Assembly: GCF_963921235.1 (NCBI RefSeq)
Contig: NC_086109.1
Location: forward strand, 6,202,001 to 6,266,000
DNA from: Mobula hypostoma
Lineage: Eukaryota
Reading direction: 5' to 3'
DNA length: 64,000 bases
Made by a program: the position numbers and the translations under genes. Positions 34,628 through 49,188 of this stretch are shown piece by piece. The notes below the pieces were generated by a model. That model worked only from the letters and a program-made list of their open reading frames with translations. It had not been told where the DNA came from and searched no databases. How positions within the stretch are numbered: position 1 is the first letter of the stretch; every line of letters begins with the position of its first letter.

Positions 34628-37288
34628 GTATGTATGCAGAGCTGAACCACTCCCTGTCACTGAATGACCCTTCTTGTGCCAGTACAAAGGAGCACTTTGT
34701 ACTCCAATGACCCCAGTCACTTTGACTGGCTGCAATGACCTGGTCACTTTGGCTGCAGCTCAGCCTGGTATTGAAACACCAATGCCCTTGAACTGAAAAT
34801 CCTACAGAAAGTGGATACAGCCCAGTTCCTCAGGGGTAAAGCCCTCCCTACCATCGAGCGCGTCAGGAAAGTGGCATCCATCATCAGGGACCCCAGGAAT
34901 TGCTCTCTTCTCACTGCTGCCATCGGGAAGAAGGTACAAGAGGCTCAGGAACCCTTATTACCCCTCAACTATCTGGCTTTTCAACCAAAGGGGATAATTT
35001 CACTTACCCCATCATTGAAATGTTCCCACAACCTAAGGACTCATTTTCAAGGTCTCTTCATCTTGTGCTGTCAATATTTATTGTTTATTGATTATTTTTT
35101 GTATTTACAGTTTGTTGTCTTCTACACTCCAGTTGCATGCCCAAGTTGAGTGGTCTTTCACTGATTCTGTTATGGTTATTATTCTATAGATTTATTGAGT
35201 ATGCCCACAAGATAATGAATCCTAGGGTTGTATACAGTGACATTTTTGTACTTTGATAATAAATTTACTTTCAACTTTAAACTTTGTGCAGTTGTGATTG
35301 CCACACTATGGGAAGGATGTGATTGCACTGGAGAGCATGCATAGGAGATTCACCAGGATGTCAGAATCAGGTTTATTATCACTGTTACTAGATGTGATAC
35401 TTGTTTTGTGGCAGCAGTACAGCGTAAAGGCATAAAATTACAAAATAAATTATCAATGCAAAAATAGAATAACGAGAGGGATAGAGAGATGCAAATTTAT
35501 GTGTGGTTAAATGTAGTGAAGTCAGTAAGAATCTTCTGAAGGTAGGGTATGAGAGGTAGGAAGTTCCAAGGGGTAATATTGTCACACAGAGGTAGTTATA
35601 CTCTGAAATGTGCTGCCTAAAGAGGGTGGTGGAGGCAGATAGTCTCCCTACATAAAAGATGCATCTAACCAAGTGTTTAATTCATCTAGATGTAGAAGGC
35701 TGGAGACTAAGTCTGGGTAAATGGGAGCAGTATAGATAAAGTTCAAGTTCAAAGTACATATGTTATCAAAGTATGTATACTCTGTACAACTTGAGATTTG
35801 TCTCTTTACAGCAGCCACAAAGGAACCTACTAGAACCCATTAAGACAAAAGAAGACTCAATGTGCAGAGAGAAAAAACAAATCATGCAAACGAGAGTAAG
35901 CAAATAGTGTTCAGAACTGAAGTTCACAAAAGTGAGTCAGCTGCAGGCCTCAGTTCAGTGCGGAGACGAGTAAACCTTGCCGACAGCAAACTGAATACCA
36001 GCCCCACTCTCACCTCCAGTCCTGACAGCCAGATCTTTTCCGTCTGGCTTGGTGCTTAAATTGTCCAAACCTTGGGTCGTTCCTTGCTCTGAAACTCAGG
36101 CTCTGCATTGTCTCCTCTCGCCTCGCCTTGGTTCTGCCACATCAAGTTGCCTCCAAGTCCGCTCCAGCAATGGCCAAACATTGCCTCATTCCCCACTCTC
36201 CGACCCAGACTCCGCCGCCTCAGTTTGGCCTGAACATGCCATGCCACAACCATCCTGTACCTTCGAGGCTTCAAAATTCAAAGTAAATTTATTCATCTTC
36301 TTGCAGGCATTTACAGTAGAACAGAGAAATACTATAGAGCCAATAAAAAAAACTATGCGTAAAGGTGACAAACAACCAATGTGCAATTAATTAATTCTGA
36401 AAAGATGAGTTGTAGAGTCCTTGAAAGGGAATCCATAGATTGTGGTTTCACTTCAGAGTTGTGAGTGAAGTTATCCACGCTCGTTCGGAATCCTGAAGGA
36501 TAATAACCGTTCCTGAACCTGTTGGTGTGGGACCTAAGGGTTTTGCACCCTATGCCCGATGGTAGTAGTGAAAAGAGAGCATGGCTTCACAAACGGAGGA
36601 CTTCTCCCTGCTATTGATTCATTTCAGAAGCCTGCAGATATTTCTGCCCAACTTTGTACTGTATGGAACTTGTTGCACAGGATGTGGTTCAACAGATAAT
36701 GTTGACACAGAAAGCTTGATGTGTAGCCAAGGGACTGGCTAGGATGAAAGTGGCTGATGTAGAGTATTAATTCCAGGATGGATCATTTCGATGGAGGCAC
36801 ACTTTCTGAACCACAGGTTCAATCCAGTTTAGGGTTAAAACTATCAAATAGGCAAAAAAGTATTGTAATAACAATCACAATTGGGGTCATGTGCACTGAA
36901 GAAGCTAATAAGTCTTGTCCACTGTTCCCTCTGAGGTGTCACACAGCCACAGAGTAACTGAAATGCTTCTGCGCACAAAGCCGTTGTTGCCGTACAGCTG
37001 TAATCTTTAATATAACATGCTGTGTGCAGTTTTCAGGCCATGTGAAAATTTCCTGCTTAGAGCAATGGTTGGTCCATACAGCTGTAAAAAAAATATAGAG
37101 GGAATGTTTGCTTTGTCGTAATATGTTTTTTAATGAAGCACCAATGAGTTTTATCCCAATATTTAAAGAAACACCAAACCATTGAACCTTGTCCCAATAT
37201 TTTTTTTAAAGCTTACTATGTCAGTACAACTTTTAAGCCAAGTTGCCTCCACACAATTTAGAAATGTGTTTTATCTCTCTGATCACAG

Positions 37289-37441
37289 TCTGAAGTCCTT
37301 TGTGATTGCTGAAACAGCCACTGATGATGAAGTGGTGAAGATTGACAGAGAGACTGAGATCTTCTACCAACCACCCGAGATCAGCTCCTTTTACAGTGTT
37401 TCCAGTAGGTTACTCCCCCTCTTTGAGCACGCGGGACTCAA
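37289..37441 (+). CDS. EIF2D: EIF2D exon 10
   Basis: tcacag|T ... AA|gtaagt; 153 nt; LKSFVIAETATDDEVVKIDRETEIFYQPPEISSFYSVSSRLLPLFEHAGL. Confidence 0.93.
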
Positions 37442-37954
37442 GTAAGTTTTATTAAAGTGTCTTATTGTACAGTCCAATCTCTCTTTGTATGAATGGCAAA
37501 TTCTCTCAAATATGTAAAACACCTTCACGGGTACTATTTGTACTGTGAATTATCCAGAGCAAAGAACTTGAACGATGTAGCTATGAGTCTGCCTGGATTC
37601 TCGGTTATACAATAAAGCTTTTAAGATGCTCAAATGCTTTTATTATACTGGCAATACAATAAAACCATGAATGTATCTTCAAAAACTTCACTGTATAAGC
37701 AAAAATGCAGGCAGACTTTTAAAAAAAATTATGGCTACTTCATTAAGACTTTTTGTTTTAGATAATTTAACCAGTAACCATTAAGACAGTTGTATGTAAC
37801 TCAATGGTTACAGCTCAGTAGTTACACTCATTCTCTGAGTAACAACATGCTCACAGACCACTCTCTGTGGAATGAAACTTTTTGTAGTTTTAAGACTTTA
37901 CTTTTGCACAATCTCTTATTAGAAATAATTCAGTATTACATTTACAAATAAAAT

Positions 37955-38190
37955 CACAAGAGATTCTGTAGATGCTGGAAATCCAGAGAAACAAACACGA
38001 AATACTGGAGGAATTCAGCAGGGCAGGATAAATCTGTGGAGAAGAATAAACAGTTGAAGTTTTGGGCTGAGACTTCATCAGGAAGCTTCATGAGACTTGA
38101 TGATGGATCTTGGCCGGAAACATCAGCTGTTTGTTCTCCTCCATAGATGCTGCCTGACCTGAGTTCCTCCAGCATTTTGTATGTGTTTAC
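37955..38190. mobile_element. Inverted pair of Penelope pLTRs with no ORF (similar pairs at 52295-52520, 57635-57860)
   Basis: ctggaggaattcagcag...cttcatcagg followed by its reverse complement ...gatgctgcctgacctgagttcctccagc. Confidence 0.8.
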
Positions 38191-39155
38191 AGATATAATG
38201 TTCTCTATATTACTAGATAAAATTGATTTGGGACCTGGATATGCTTTATTTGTGATCATTTTTACAGCAAAAATAGGGTAGAATTACTAAAATTGATCAT
38301 TGTAATTTTATCAAAAATCTATTAATTCTGATTTGAAATGGCAAATCTTAACTAAAATTGGAATCATTTATAATTACTCAAACACAAAAGCCTCAGTCAT
38401 GTTAGTAAATCAAGACACAGTTGTGGTTCAGTGCAATAAGTCCAATTATTTAATATCCAGCAGTTGTACAAAATATAGTTTTGACCACATTTACGAGTAT
38501 CGCATATAGCTCTGGTCACCACATTGCAGAAAGGATGTAGTAGCAAAAGAGAGAGTAGTCACCGGGATGCTGCCTGGAACGAAGAATGTTGTTAAAAGGA
38601 GAGATTAAATATGCTGGGCTTATTTTCATTGGAACTAATGGGCTGAGGAGTGATATTTCAGAGGTTGATAACATCATGAGGGGCAGGGACAGGATGGGTA
38701 GAATCTTTTTCCAAGAGTAAAGGAGGCTAGAAGTAAAGGGGTATATGTTTAAGGTGAGAGAGGAGCAATTTAAAGGAGATCAGAGGGGTAAGTTATTCAT
38801 AGAGAGTGGTGAGTATCGTGAAAAGCTGTCAGAGGAATTGGTTAAGGCAGATACAACTACAAGTTACTTCATTAGGAAAGGCAGAGAGGGATTTGGGTCC
38901 AAATGGGATTAGGGTAGATAAGCATCACCTGTCGGCAGGGAAGAGGTGTGCAGAAAGGGACTGATTCAGTGATTCATAATTCGTTCGTTCAATTTTGAAG
39001 ATGAGGTTCAGTGCCCTTCTCAGTCGTATTTCCCAGCTAGAATGTTGTGGTTTTACATGGGTGAACAGAATTAACGGCATTATTCAGAGTGCAGCCTGAT
39101 CAGAGTATTTTATAGCCTCAGATAGTCAGGCACCAAAGCCCTACTCTTTATTATA

Positions 39156-40480
39156 TACAAGAGAAAGTCTGCAAATTTTGGAAATACGAGTAACACACAA
39201 AATACTGAAGGAACTCAGCAGGCCAGACAGCATCTATTGGGAAAAAAAGCACAGTTGAAGCTTCAGGCCGAACCCCTTCGGCAGGACTGGAGGGAAAAAA
39301 GCTAAGGAGTAGATTTGCGAGGTGGGGGGAGGGGAGAGAGAGACGCTAGGCGAAACTTGGAGGGGGAGGGATGAAGCAAAGAGCTAGGAAGTTGATTGAT
39401 GAAAGAGATAGAAGGCCATGGAAGAAATAAAAAAAGGAGGGGAGGAGCACCAGAGGGAGCCAATGGGTGGACAAGGAGGTAACATAAGAGAGGGACACAG
39501 GGATGGGAAATGGTGAAGTGGGGGGGGGGTATTACTGGAAGTTTGAGAAATCGATGTTCATGCCATCAGGTTGGAGTCTACCAAAATGAAATATAAGGTG
39601 TTGTTCCTCCAACCTAAGTGTGGTCTTATCATGACAGTGGAGGAGGCCATGGATGGACAAATTGGAATGGGAAGTGGAATTAAAATGGGTAGCCACTGTC
39701 AGATCCCACTTGTTCTGACAGACGGAGCGTAGATGCTCGGCGAAGCAGTCTCCCAATCTACATCAGGTCTCAGCGATATACAGGAGGCCACACCAGGAGC
39801 ACCCAACACAGTAGATGATCCCAACAGACTCACAGGTAAAGTGTCACCTCATGTGGAGAGACTGTTTGGGGCCCTGAGTGTTGGTGAGGGAGGAGATGTA
39901 GGGACAGGGGTAGTACTTGTTCCGCTTGCAAGGATAAGTGCCAGGAGGGAGATCAGTGGGGAGGGACAAATGGACAACGAAGTCGCGAAGGGAGCGACCC
40001 CTGTGGAAAGCAGAAAGATGTGTTTGTTGGTGGGATCCATTTGGAGTTGGTGGAAGTTTTGGAGAATTATGTGATGGACGCGGAAGCTTGTGGGGTAGTA
40101 GGTGAGGACAAGAGGAACCCTATCCATGGTAGTGTGGTGGGAGGATGAGGTAAGAGATGCAGTTGAGGGCAGCGTTGATGATGGAGGAAGGGAAGCCCCT
40201 TTCTTTGAAAAAGGAGGACATCTCCTTCGTTCTAAAATGAAAAGCCTCATCCTGAGAGCAGATGCGACGGACATGGAGGAGTTGAGAGAAGGGGATGGCA
40301 TTTTTACAAGAAGCGGGGTGGGACAAGGTATAGTCCAGGTAGCTGTGAGAGTCTGTTGGTTTATAATAGACATCGGTGGATAAGCTATCTCTGGAGATAG
40401 AGACAGTGAGATTGAGAAAGGGGAGGGAAGTGTCGAAAATGAACCAGGTGAATTTGAGGACGGTGAAAGTTGGAGGCAAA
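39156..40480 (-). mobile_element. Penelope-like element: RT C-terminus, GIY-YIG endonuclease and pLTR, degenerate
   Basis: LPFLNL..LSTDVYYKPTDSHSYLDYTLSHP..CKNAIPFSQL..RRICS and AEHLRSV..VATHFNS..EEQHLIF..LQPDGMNIDF. Confidence 0.9.
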
Positions 40481-40524
40481 TCTTTATTGTACGTTGCTGT
40501 GATATTTGACATCAAAACTCTGAT

Positions 40525-40720
40525 ATGGATGGGGCTAGCAACTCCATCTCATAAATTCCCAATGCTGCAGAAACTGCAACAGAAGCTCCAAAGATCTCAT
40601 CCCTGGGAGAGGAAGATCTTCGCACATGGGTTACACCTGGGAAGGACTGGCCCAGGACAGAAGACTCTGGCAAGCTGCTATTGGTGGCCTATGCCCCAGG
40701 AGGGGTGATGGGCTTAAGAA
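40525..40720 (+). mobile_element. RTE-type non-autonomous element, 3' part (5' part seen at 59905-60070)
   Basis: Ends with RTE-like LAQDRRLWQAAIGGLCPRRGDGL; overlaps in sequence with 59945-60070. Confidence 0.65.
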
Positions 40721-41512
40721 TTTGTCATCAATTTAAGATACTCCATCCTTCTATTTCAGTCTGCTCATCATAATCATTCTCTATATCTGTACTGCTCTTG
40801 ATCACTTTCTTTTTAAGTTCCTTAAGATTAAAGATTGTTTAATGTGATTTGCAGTACGCAGGTCTAAAGGAGAACAAAACAATTATTACTGTGGATCTGA
40901 TGCAGCACAAAAAATGCAATAAGATAAAGAACACAATAATACAAAGACATTAAATATAGATACATAAGATAGCTTATGTACATAGATCAATTGTTTGTCC
41001 ATAAAGTGATGCTAGGTACAGGAGTGTCTGTATGTAAGGTGACTGACAGGAAATAATAAAGTAGTGGTGGTTGGGTGTGGTGCAGTGGGTTAGTGGGTGG
41101 AGGTGCTGATCAGCCTTACTGCTTGGGCCTGGTGGTCCTGGTGCGAATGCAACATAACCTCCTCCCTGATAGGACTGGGACGAACAGTCCATGACCAGGT
41201 TGGGTGAGATCCTTCATGATGTTCCTGGCCCTTTCTGTATATATGGCCTTGATGGCAGGTAAGCTGGTGCCAGCCTTGTGTTGGGCAGTTTTGACTGCCC
41301 ATTGTAGAGCCATCCTTTCCCCTGTCGTGCAGGTTTCATACCACGTTCGGGTAATGTTTCCAATAACAGTAAACCTGACATTTGCCATACCATCCTTGAA
41401 CTTTTTTGTTCTGATGCAAATGTTTCTAGTGTTCATGAACACATAACTTGGGAGGTAATGAATTTAGTTTCCCTTCCCTTTCACGAGTAAATATATTTCT
41501 TTTCTCTCCCAG

Positions 41513-41602
41513 AAAAGATGCCACCCTCTCGAGTGTTGATGTTAGAAATATCATCACAAGTTATGTGAAATCCAATGAGCTAATAGACGCCTGCAATAAA
41601 AA
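41513..41602 (+). CDS. EIF2D: EIF2D exon 11 (SWIB/MDM2-like domain)
   Basis: ctcccag|A ... AA|gtaagt; 90 nt; KDATLSSVDVRNIITSYVKSNELIDACNK. Confidence 0.95.
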
Positions 41603-41689
41603 GTAAGTGATACATCTGACATGTTAATGTAGATTTAACTACTGCTCTTTGCTCCATTCTGTTGTCTTACACTCATCATTGTATTTATT

Positions 41690-42580
41690 GTTACCCTTGG
41701 GTCTTTTTACCCTTGCAGTTCCTTAGCTCTATCCACAATGATACAACACCTTCCAACCCTATGTCACCTCTTTCTAATGATTTGATTTCACTTTTTACCA
41801 ACAGAGCAACACCGTCCCCTCTGCCTTCCTGCCTGTCCTTTCGATATAGTGTGGATCCTTGGGAATTACGCTCCCAGCTATAACCTTCTTTCAACCATGA
41901 TTCAATAATGCCTACAACATCATTCGTGCCAATCTATAACTGTGCTGCAGGTTCATCTACGTTATTCCATATACTGCATCATTCAGATATAACGCCTTCA
42001 GTCCTGTATTCACCCTTTTCGGTTTTGTCCACCTTTTACATTCCAACTCATCCTGCTGTCTGCATTTTTGCCCTATCAACAGTCTCTCCCCACTACACAT
42101 TGCCTCTGGTTGTAAACCAGCTACCTCATCTTCAGCACTATCATCCACCTTTCCTACGATACCTCTTGCATTGAAATATAGGCAGCTCAGGACACTAGTC
42201 ACACCATGCTCAACCTTTTGAGACCTAATAAGTTTTTTGGAGGTCTTACCAACATCTGCCTCCACAATCTCTCCACTAACTGTTCTGGCCCTCTGGTTCT
42301 AATCCCCCTGCACCTCTAGTTTAAAGCCCTCTGTGCAGCATTAACAAACCTTCCCACCAGGATATTAGTCCCCCTCCAATTCAGGTGCAAACCGCCCCTT
42401 CTGTACAGGTTCCACCTTCCCTGGAAGAAAGCCAATAATCCAGAAATCTTATGTCCTCCCTCCTACACCAATTCCTTAGCCATGTATTAAACTGTATAAT
42501 CTTCTTAGTTTTGGCCTCACTAGCACGTGGCATGGATAGCAGTCCTGAGATCACAACCCTGGAGGTCCTGACCTTTAGCT
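41690..42580 (-). mobile_element. CR1 LINE fragment (ORF1 end / ORF2 endonuclease start)
   Basis: LSCLYFNARGIVGKVD; YRKDRQEGRGDGVALLVK..SLWIELRNCKGKKT. Confidence 0.85.
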
Positions 42581-43339
42581 TTTATTAAATGCAATAATGT
42601 TTAACGTTTTCACTGTGACTTTAAGTTTACAACGTAACACTGTGAGCTTCACACAGCAAGAAATTCCATTGCATATGAGAATAAATTAATCTGATCTGAT
42701 AATAATTGTTTTGTTACCAAAATGACGTCAACACTATTAAACAAAAAAATGAAAGGTTCAATGATTCATTCCCACGCCATCAAGTTCGGGGGCAGGTGTT
42801 GCCCTGCAGCCAGTCCTGGATCAGTTCATTGACTCAGCGCTGAATTGACTCCACAACCTTTAGACTCACTTTCGGAGACGACAGCTCACGTGTTTATGTA
42901 TTTGTTTGTTATTTCCATGATTTTGAACATTGGATGTTTATCAGTTTTGTTGTGTGTGATTTTTTTTTGTGGATTCTATTGTGTTTCTTTATCTCAAGGT
43001 TGTATCTGGTACACATACTTTGATAATAAATTTACTTTGAGTTTTTCATTATGTTCTGCTCTTTGTTTGTGTATCTTTGTCTCAGTCATTCTCTTGAGCA
43101 CTTGGAAGATTTGACTGAGTAATTTGAACAATTAGACAACATTCATTTGTAGCTCCCATTCCATGGTGCTTAGGGGCTGTGCAGTGGATCATTACACAGT
43201 TTCTGATTTTGCTTCATCATGTTGCAGTGTGGTGCATTCCCTAGGGGGACGCTAAAAGAAATTTTGTTCACACATTGACGCATTTTACCTAGAAATTCGA
43301 AATATTGTGAACGCAAAATCTTGATACTGTTACCCATGC

Positions 43340-43845
43340 AGAAAACTACTTAATATATCGTGAACACGGCGCAGCACATCACACAAACCAATCTTCCGTC
43401 CGTGGACTCACTTTACACTGCACGCTGTCGGAGCAGTGCTGCCAGGATAATCAAGGACACAGCCCACCCAGCCAACACACTTTTCATCCCTCTTCCCTCC
43501 GGGAGAAGGTTCAGGAGGTTGAAGAGTCATACAGCCAGATTTGGGAACAGCTTCTTTCCAACTGTGATAAGACTGCTGAACGGATCCTGACCCGGATCTG
43601 GGCCGTGCCCTCCAAATGTCCGGACCTGCCTCTCGGTTTTTTTGTATTACCTTACTTCCCATTTTTCTATTTTCTATTTATGATTTATAATTTAAATTTT
43701 TAATATTTACCAATTTTAACTATTTTTAATATTTATAATATTTAATATTTGTAATCCAGGGTGTGTGAAGCGCAGAATCAAATATCACTGTGATGATTGT
43801 ACGTTCTAGTACCAATTGTTTGGTGACAATGAAGTATAAAGTATA
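43340..43845 (+). mobile_element. Young-looking Rex-like LINE 3' end
   Basis: Uninterrupted LPSVDSLYTARCRSSAARIIKDTAHPANTLFIPLPSGRRFR..RFGNSFFPTVIRLLN; (aagtat)n tail. Confidence 0.85.
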
Positions 43846-44909
43846 TTATAGATAGACCGTGATAGGCACATAACCCATGTGCCTGTGATGCACTGTATTA
43901 GGTTTTTCATTGCACCTGTACAGACATACACTTGTGCATGGATCTGTGCTTAGTCTACTGGCCTACTTACTGCCCGTTACGCTGCTGCCATTTTGGACAG
44001 CAGTGAAGGTCCTCCACCTCAGGCAGTGTTCAGGGCTTCCTTTATCCTCTCAGTGTTCACTACTGTCAGTCATGCAAGTCTCAGGTGTTGTCTCAAGTAC
44101 ACCAACACACTCAGATGTAGCAGGATCCTTCATTGCTGTTTCCATAACAATTTTGTTTTGCCAGTCAGGATTATTAGTCCTGAGCTGAGCCCCCGAACCT
44201 GGATGACCATTGGATCACTCTTAGTCTGTCCTCTACCCTTTGACCTGTTTGATATGGGTGACCCTACCAAGAGCCAAAGCATAAAGCCCTGACTCCAGCC
44301 AACACAGCTCTCCGGGTCACTGAGGCACACAAGCCACGAGTTTGTGGTCTTCTTGGAGGGCTATCAGGCACAGCTCAAAAGTCTCCTGTAATTGCATCTA
44401 TAAAGTAGAGGACATGCCCGCTTCTCGTTGATTCCATCAGGACGGAGGTACGGAAGTCTGAAAGTCCACTTTCAGTGATTCAGGAACAGTTTCTTCTCTT
44501 CTGACATCAGATTTCTGAATGGACATTGAACCTATGAACACTACCTCACTACTTTCTTGCCCTACTTATTTAACTACTTTATATATATATATATATTCTT
44601 CCTGTGTTTCAGTTGTTTTTGTTGTTATGTATTGCATTGTACTGCTGCTGCAAACACAACAGATTTCACAACATGTGCAGTGATATTAAACCTGATTCTG
44701 ATTCTGATGTAGCTATGCACAAATATACTCCTGCAAATGACAATAAACTGGACTTTGGACCATGTAATAGAAATCCAAATATCCACTGATACTTGGATTC
44801 AACCCTCATCTAATATATTTAGTGACATTAGTGTAAGTCAAGAGGACGTAATTAGTTTCATTATTCTTACCACACTGAGGTGATAACTTTGTTTGTTTTT
44901 CCTATACAG

Positions 44910-45005
44910 TTATGTCATTGTTAATCCCACTCTTTGTGACTGCATATTGGAAAAATGTGAGCACCACACTGTCACTAAACTCAAATGGGATGATCTCTTT
45001 GCCAG
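44910..45005 (+). CDS. EIF2D: EIF2D exon 12 (SWIB/MDM2-like domain)
   Basis: atacag|T ... AG|gtaagt; 96 nt; YVIVNPTLCDCILEKCEHHTVTKLKWDDLFAR. Confidence 0.95.
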
Positions 45006-46649
45006 GTAAGTTATTGAACTACCACAATAAGACAGTAACATTGCAATTTTATCTACTGGGGTGTTGTAACAACAAGATTAATACCAATTTACATATCAAA
45101 CATAGAACAGTACAGCACAGTACAGGCCCTTCGGCCCACAGTGATGTGTTGACCTTTTAACCTATTCTAAGATAATTCGAACCCTCTCTCATACATAATC
45201 CCACATTTTCTACCATCCATGTGCCTATCTCAAGATTCAAGGTTGTTTAATGTCATTTCCTGTTTGTTCATTGTGTGCTGTGTCATATGATGTGGACAAT
45301 CATACTCTTTCCATGACCATGATTGTTCTTGGCAAATTTTTCTACAAAAGTGGCTTGGCATTCTGGGCAGTGTCTTTGAAAGATGGGTGACCCCAGCCAT
45401 TATCAATACTCTTCAGAGTTTGCATAACCAGGACTTATGACGTGTACCAGCTGCTCATACGACCATCCACCACCTGCTCCCATGGCTTTGCGTGACCCTG
45501 GTCGACAGGCTAAACAGGTGCTACACCTTGCCCTAGGGTGACCTCATTTTCTGTACACTGGTGTAACGGAGTACACAATCGCTGTTACTCCATATCTGAT
45601 GTAGCATATAAAAACCACAAGATAAAGAACACAATAATAATTTTAAAAAATCACAATAAACATAAATACATACGATAGCTCATATATGTAGCTTGGTTAT
45701 ATGTACATAAAGTAACACTAGGTACTGGAATGTCCTTACATAAGGTGGCTCTGACCAAATTTAGGAGTTTCTTAAGTATCCCTAATGTATCTGCCTCAGC
45801 CGCCTCCACTGGCGGGGTAAGTATTATACATCTTTAAAGTACAAACACATTCTAGAGTGCCTCACCAAACTAATCAGACCAAGGAAATGAAGTATCGGGG
45901 AGGGGGGGGGCATGACGAAAACCTTGGTAATGTCGGGTTTTAAGAAACTTCAGAGGCTATAGAAGGGGAAATCTCACAGCTCTGCAGTGAACCAACTGCA
46001 GCTATGGACTCACTTTTGGAGACTCCACAGCTCCTGTTCTATGTATTGTGTGTGTGTTGTACTTTTTCGAAGTATCTGCACAATTTATCCTCTTTTGCAC
46101 ATTGGATGTTTGCCGGTCTTCGTTGCATGTTTTTTTTTGTTAGATTCTATTGAATCTTTGTTTTGTGGGTGCTTGCAAGAAGATAAATGTCAAGGTTGTG
46201 TATGGTATACATACTCAAACAGTAAGTTTGAACTTTCAACTTTGAGCGATGTTAGATGCCTGAAAGCAAGATAGACGCATGGCTTTCAGAAAAGGGTTAG
46301 CGGTACGTCAAGTACCTGTGAAGATTTGTGGATGCCAGAGGGTCTAAAGCCATGAGGGATGGAGCCATTTGATGCATAGAGCTTCTGTAATCAAGCTTTT
46401 AAATAAATCTGTATCCGAGCTTGGCTTTAGTCATTCATAAATCTCTTCGGTCTCTCCAAAACATCAGGGAACAGTCTGTCATTTACTTATTAAAATGCAT
46501 GGCACTCATGCATGCCAAAGTAGTTATTAGTGCAGTAGGAGAGGACACTAATTACCCTCAATGGGGAAGGGTTTAATGAAAATTTAATCAACTCTTTTGC
46601 TAAATCTGATTTAATGCTCTAATGGATTAGAGATGCGCTTGTTTTACAG

Positions 46650-46770
46650 GTGTCTGGAGAGGCTGCAGGAATGCCATCAAGTGAGTTTTCCTGGGCAGAA
46701 GCCAATCATTCGAAAGGGCTGCATTAAACACATCATCATTGATGTCGCACAGCGTGCTTCAAACAAAAAG
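46650..46770 (+). CDS. EIF2D: EIF2D exon 13
   Basis: tttacag|G ... AAG|gtcagt; 121 nt; CLERLQECHQVSFPGQKPIIRKGCIKHIIIDVAQRASNKK. Confidence 0.95.
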
Positions 46771-49188
46771 GTCAGTGACTGAAAACTAACTGCCCCAGGG
46801 ATTGGCATGGATTCTTCATTGCTCAATGAGGATTTGCAGCTTTATCACATGAACAGCTTTTATTGATTAACCGAGGTGTTCTCTTTGACAATGTTAATAT
46901 TTACAGACACTCAGAGTTTATAGTATTATCAAGTTGTGAATTACTTGTGTAGTTTTTGCTGTGTTTTGAATATATGGATTTGTGATGTAGAATATACACT
47001 CTGACCATTTTATTAGATACCTCTGCGTACTTCTGTTTCCTCCCACGGTCCAAAGACTTACTGTTTGGTAGGTTAACTGGCCATTGTAAATTGTCCCGTG
47101 ATGAGGCTGGACTTAAATCTGGGGATTGCTGAGTGGCTCGGCTCGGCTCGGCTCGTAGGACTGGAGGGCCTGTTCTGCACTGTATCTCTATAAGTAAATA
47201 AAAGTACATTGGCTCCGTAACCTATGGACTTGCTGTCAAGGAGTCCACAACTCACATTCTCAGTATTATTTATATTTGCACATTTTGTCTTCTTTTGCAC
47301 ATTGGTTATTTGTCAGTCTTTATTTTTGAATAGTTTCTCATAAATTCTATTGTATTTCTTTCTTTTCCTATAAATCCATGCATGTCAAAGTATACACTGA
47401 TAATAAATGTATTTTGACTGTTGCTATTTTCAGGGGAATCTCTCTTCATTCATACTGGCATTCTCTAAGTGTTGCCTGTGTGTTCAGCTTGTTTGCCCAG
47501 TGTCCATAGGAGTCTTGCTTTTTATCCTGGTGCTGAGATGTGCTACCTGATAACATATCTCCAGTACTCACTTCTACCTTCCCCACCCCCACCACTTGCA
47601 AAGCAGCAGGACTGTAGCTATTGGGTGTCATTTCACTTCCTCTCTTTCTTATAAACTGTTTCATTGTCTTTGTCAACCCAACTATGTTTGCAATGTCTCT
47701 TTCCTGAACCTCTGCTTGGTATCTACCCAGGACTGTGTTGTGCCAGTCTTGATCTGGTGGGGTGACAGGAGGATGGGGTGAGGGCAGACGTGCACGAAAT
47801 GGAAGAGATGCAGGCAGAGGCAGCATTGATGGTGGAGGAAGGAAAGCCCCTTTCTTTGAAGAAGGAGGACGATTAAGTTCAGATTGGGCTTTCCATCATC
47901 CGTCCTTTCACTTCCCGCTCTCATGGCCTTGACATCCTGTCAGTGGGTCCTGCTTATTTTGCTGGTACTATGCAATTTTCCAAACTCCCAGCCTGTCTCC
48001 TTTCTAAACCTGCTCCCCGCTGTTTGCACTGTTTGAGATTGAATCCCTCCCAGATACCCTTGGCTACTCTCTGTGTATTTTTCAGTGGTTCAGTCAATCT
48101 CAACCAGCTCTCCTTGTCGAGATTCAGGATGGTGCAAGTACGGGCCTTGTGAGGGATAGGATCGTGGGCAGCTGGACTGGTCTGTAACCAAGTCAGAATG
48201 AAACTCTCCTCTCTCTCTGATCCAGCATGATCTTCTCTCTTGGTCACTCATTCCATGTCCCTCCCTAGACTTTTCTAGACTTTTCTTCTCCAGTTGTATA
48301 TCATGTATATCACGCACTTTTTTTTGTTTTTTATGCCTTTCAATTTTGCGGTTTATCATTATTGTCATATGTACCAAGGACCAGGGAAAATATTTAGCAT
48401 ACCAGCCCTGCAGGTCAATTTATCACATCATTGCATTGAGGAGAAACAATAACAAAATGCAGAATAAACTGTTACAGTTACAGAGAAAATGCATTTCAGG
48501 CAGGCAATAATGTGCAAGGCCATGTCAAGCAGAATGTGAGGTCAAAATTCCATCTTATTTTATGAGGGGACTGTCAACTGGTTTTATAACAGCAGATGGA
48601 AGCTGCCTTTGAGCCTGGCCATATCTGTTTTCAGGCTTTTGATTCTTCTGCCCAGTGAGAGAGGGGAGAAGAGGGGATATCGGAGATGGCTGGGGTGTTT
48701 GATTATGTTGGCAGCTTTACCAAGGCAGTGGAAATGCAGACAGATTACACGGAGGGGAGGTTGGTCTGTGTGATGTACTGAGCTGTGTCCACAACTCTTT
48801 GCACTTTCCTGTGGTCACGGGCAGAGCTGTTGCCTTGCCAAGCCATGATGCGTCCAGATAGGATGCTTTCTGTGGTCACTCTCACCGACTTTTTATTGAG
48901 TTGAAGGAGACATGGCAAATTTCTTTAGCCTCCTGATGCACTATTTTGGTCATGGTGGGATGGTATCTTGGTTATGGACCTGGACTATTGACGATGTTCA
49001 CTTCTGGGAACCTGAGACTCTCAACCCCCTCAGCCTTGTGTGCTGTGATTCACATCTGTGTCCCATACTCTGAAATTGTCCGTCCATCTCTCCCACTATA
49101 GACACCTCTGTGTGGTTCTCTTTTGCTTGGTATTATATTTATAGACATGCAGGTTGTCCTTTTAATGCAGAAATTTACTGTTTGACAG

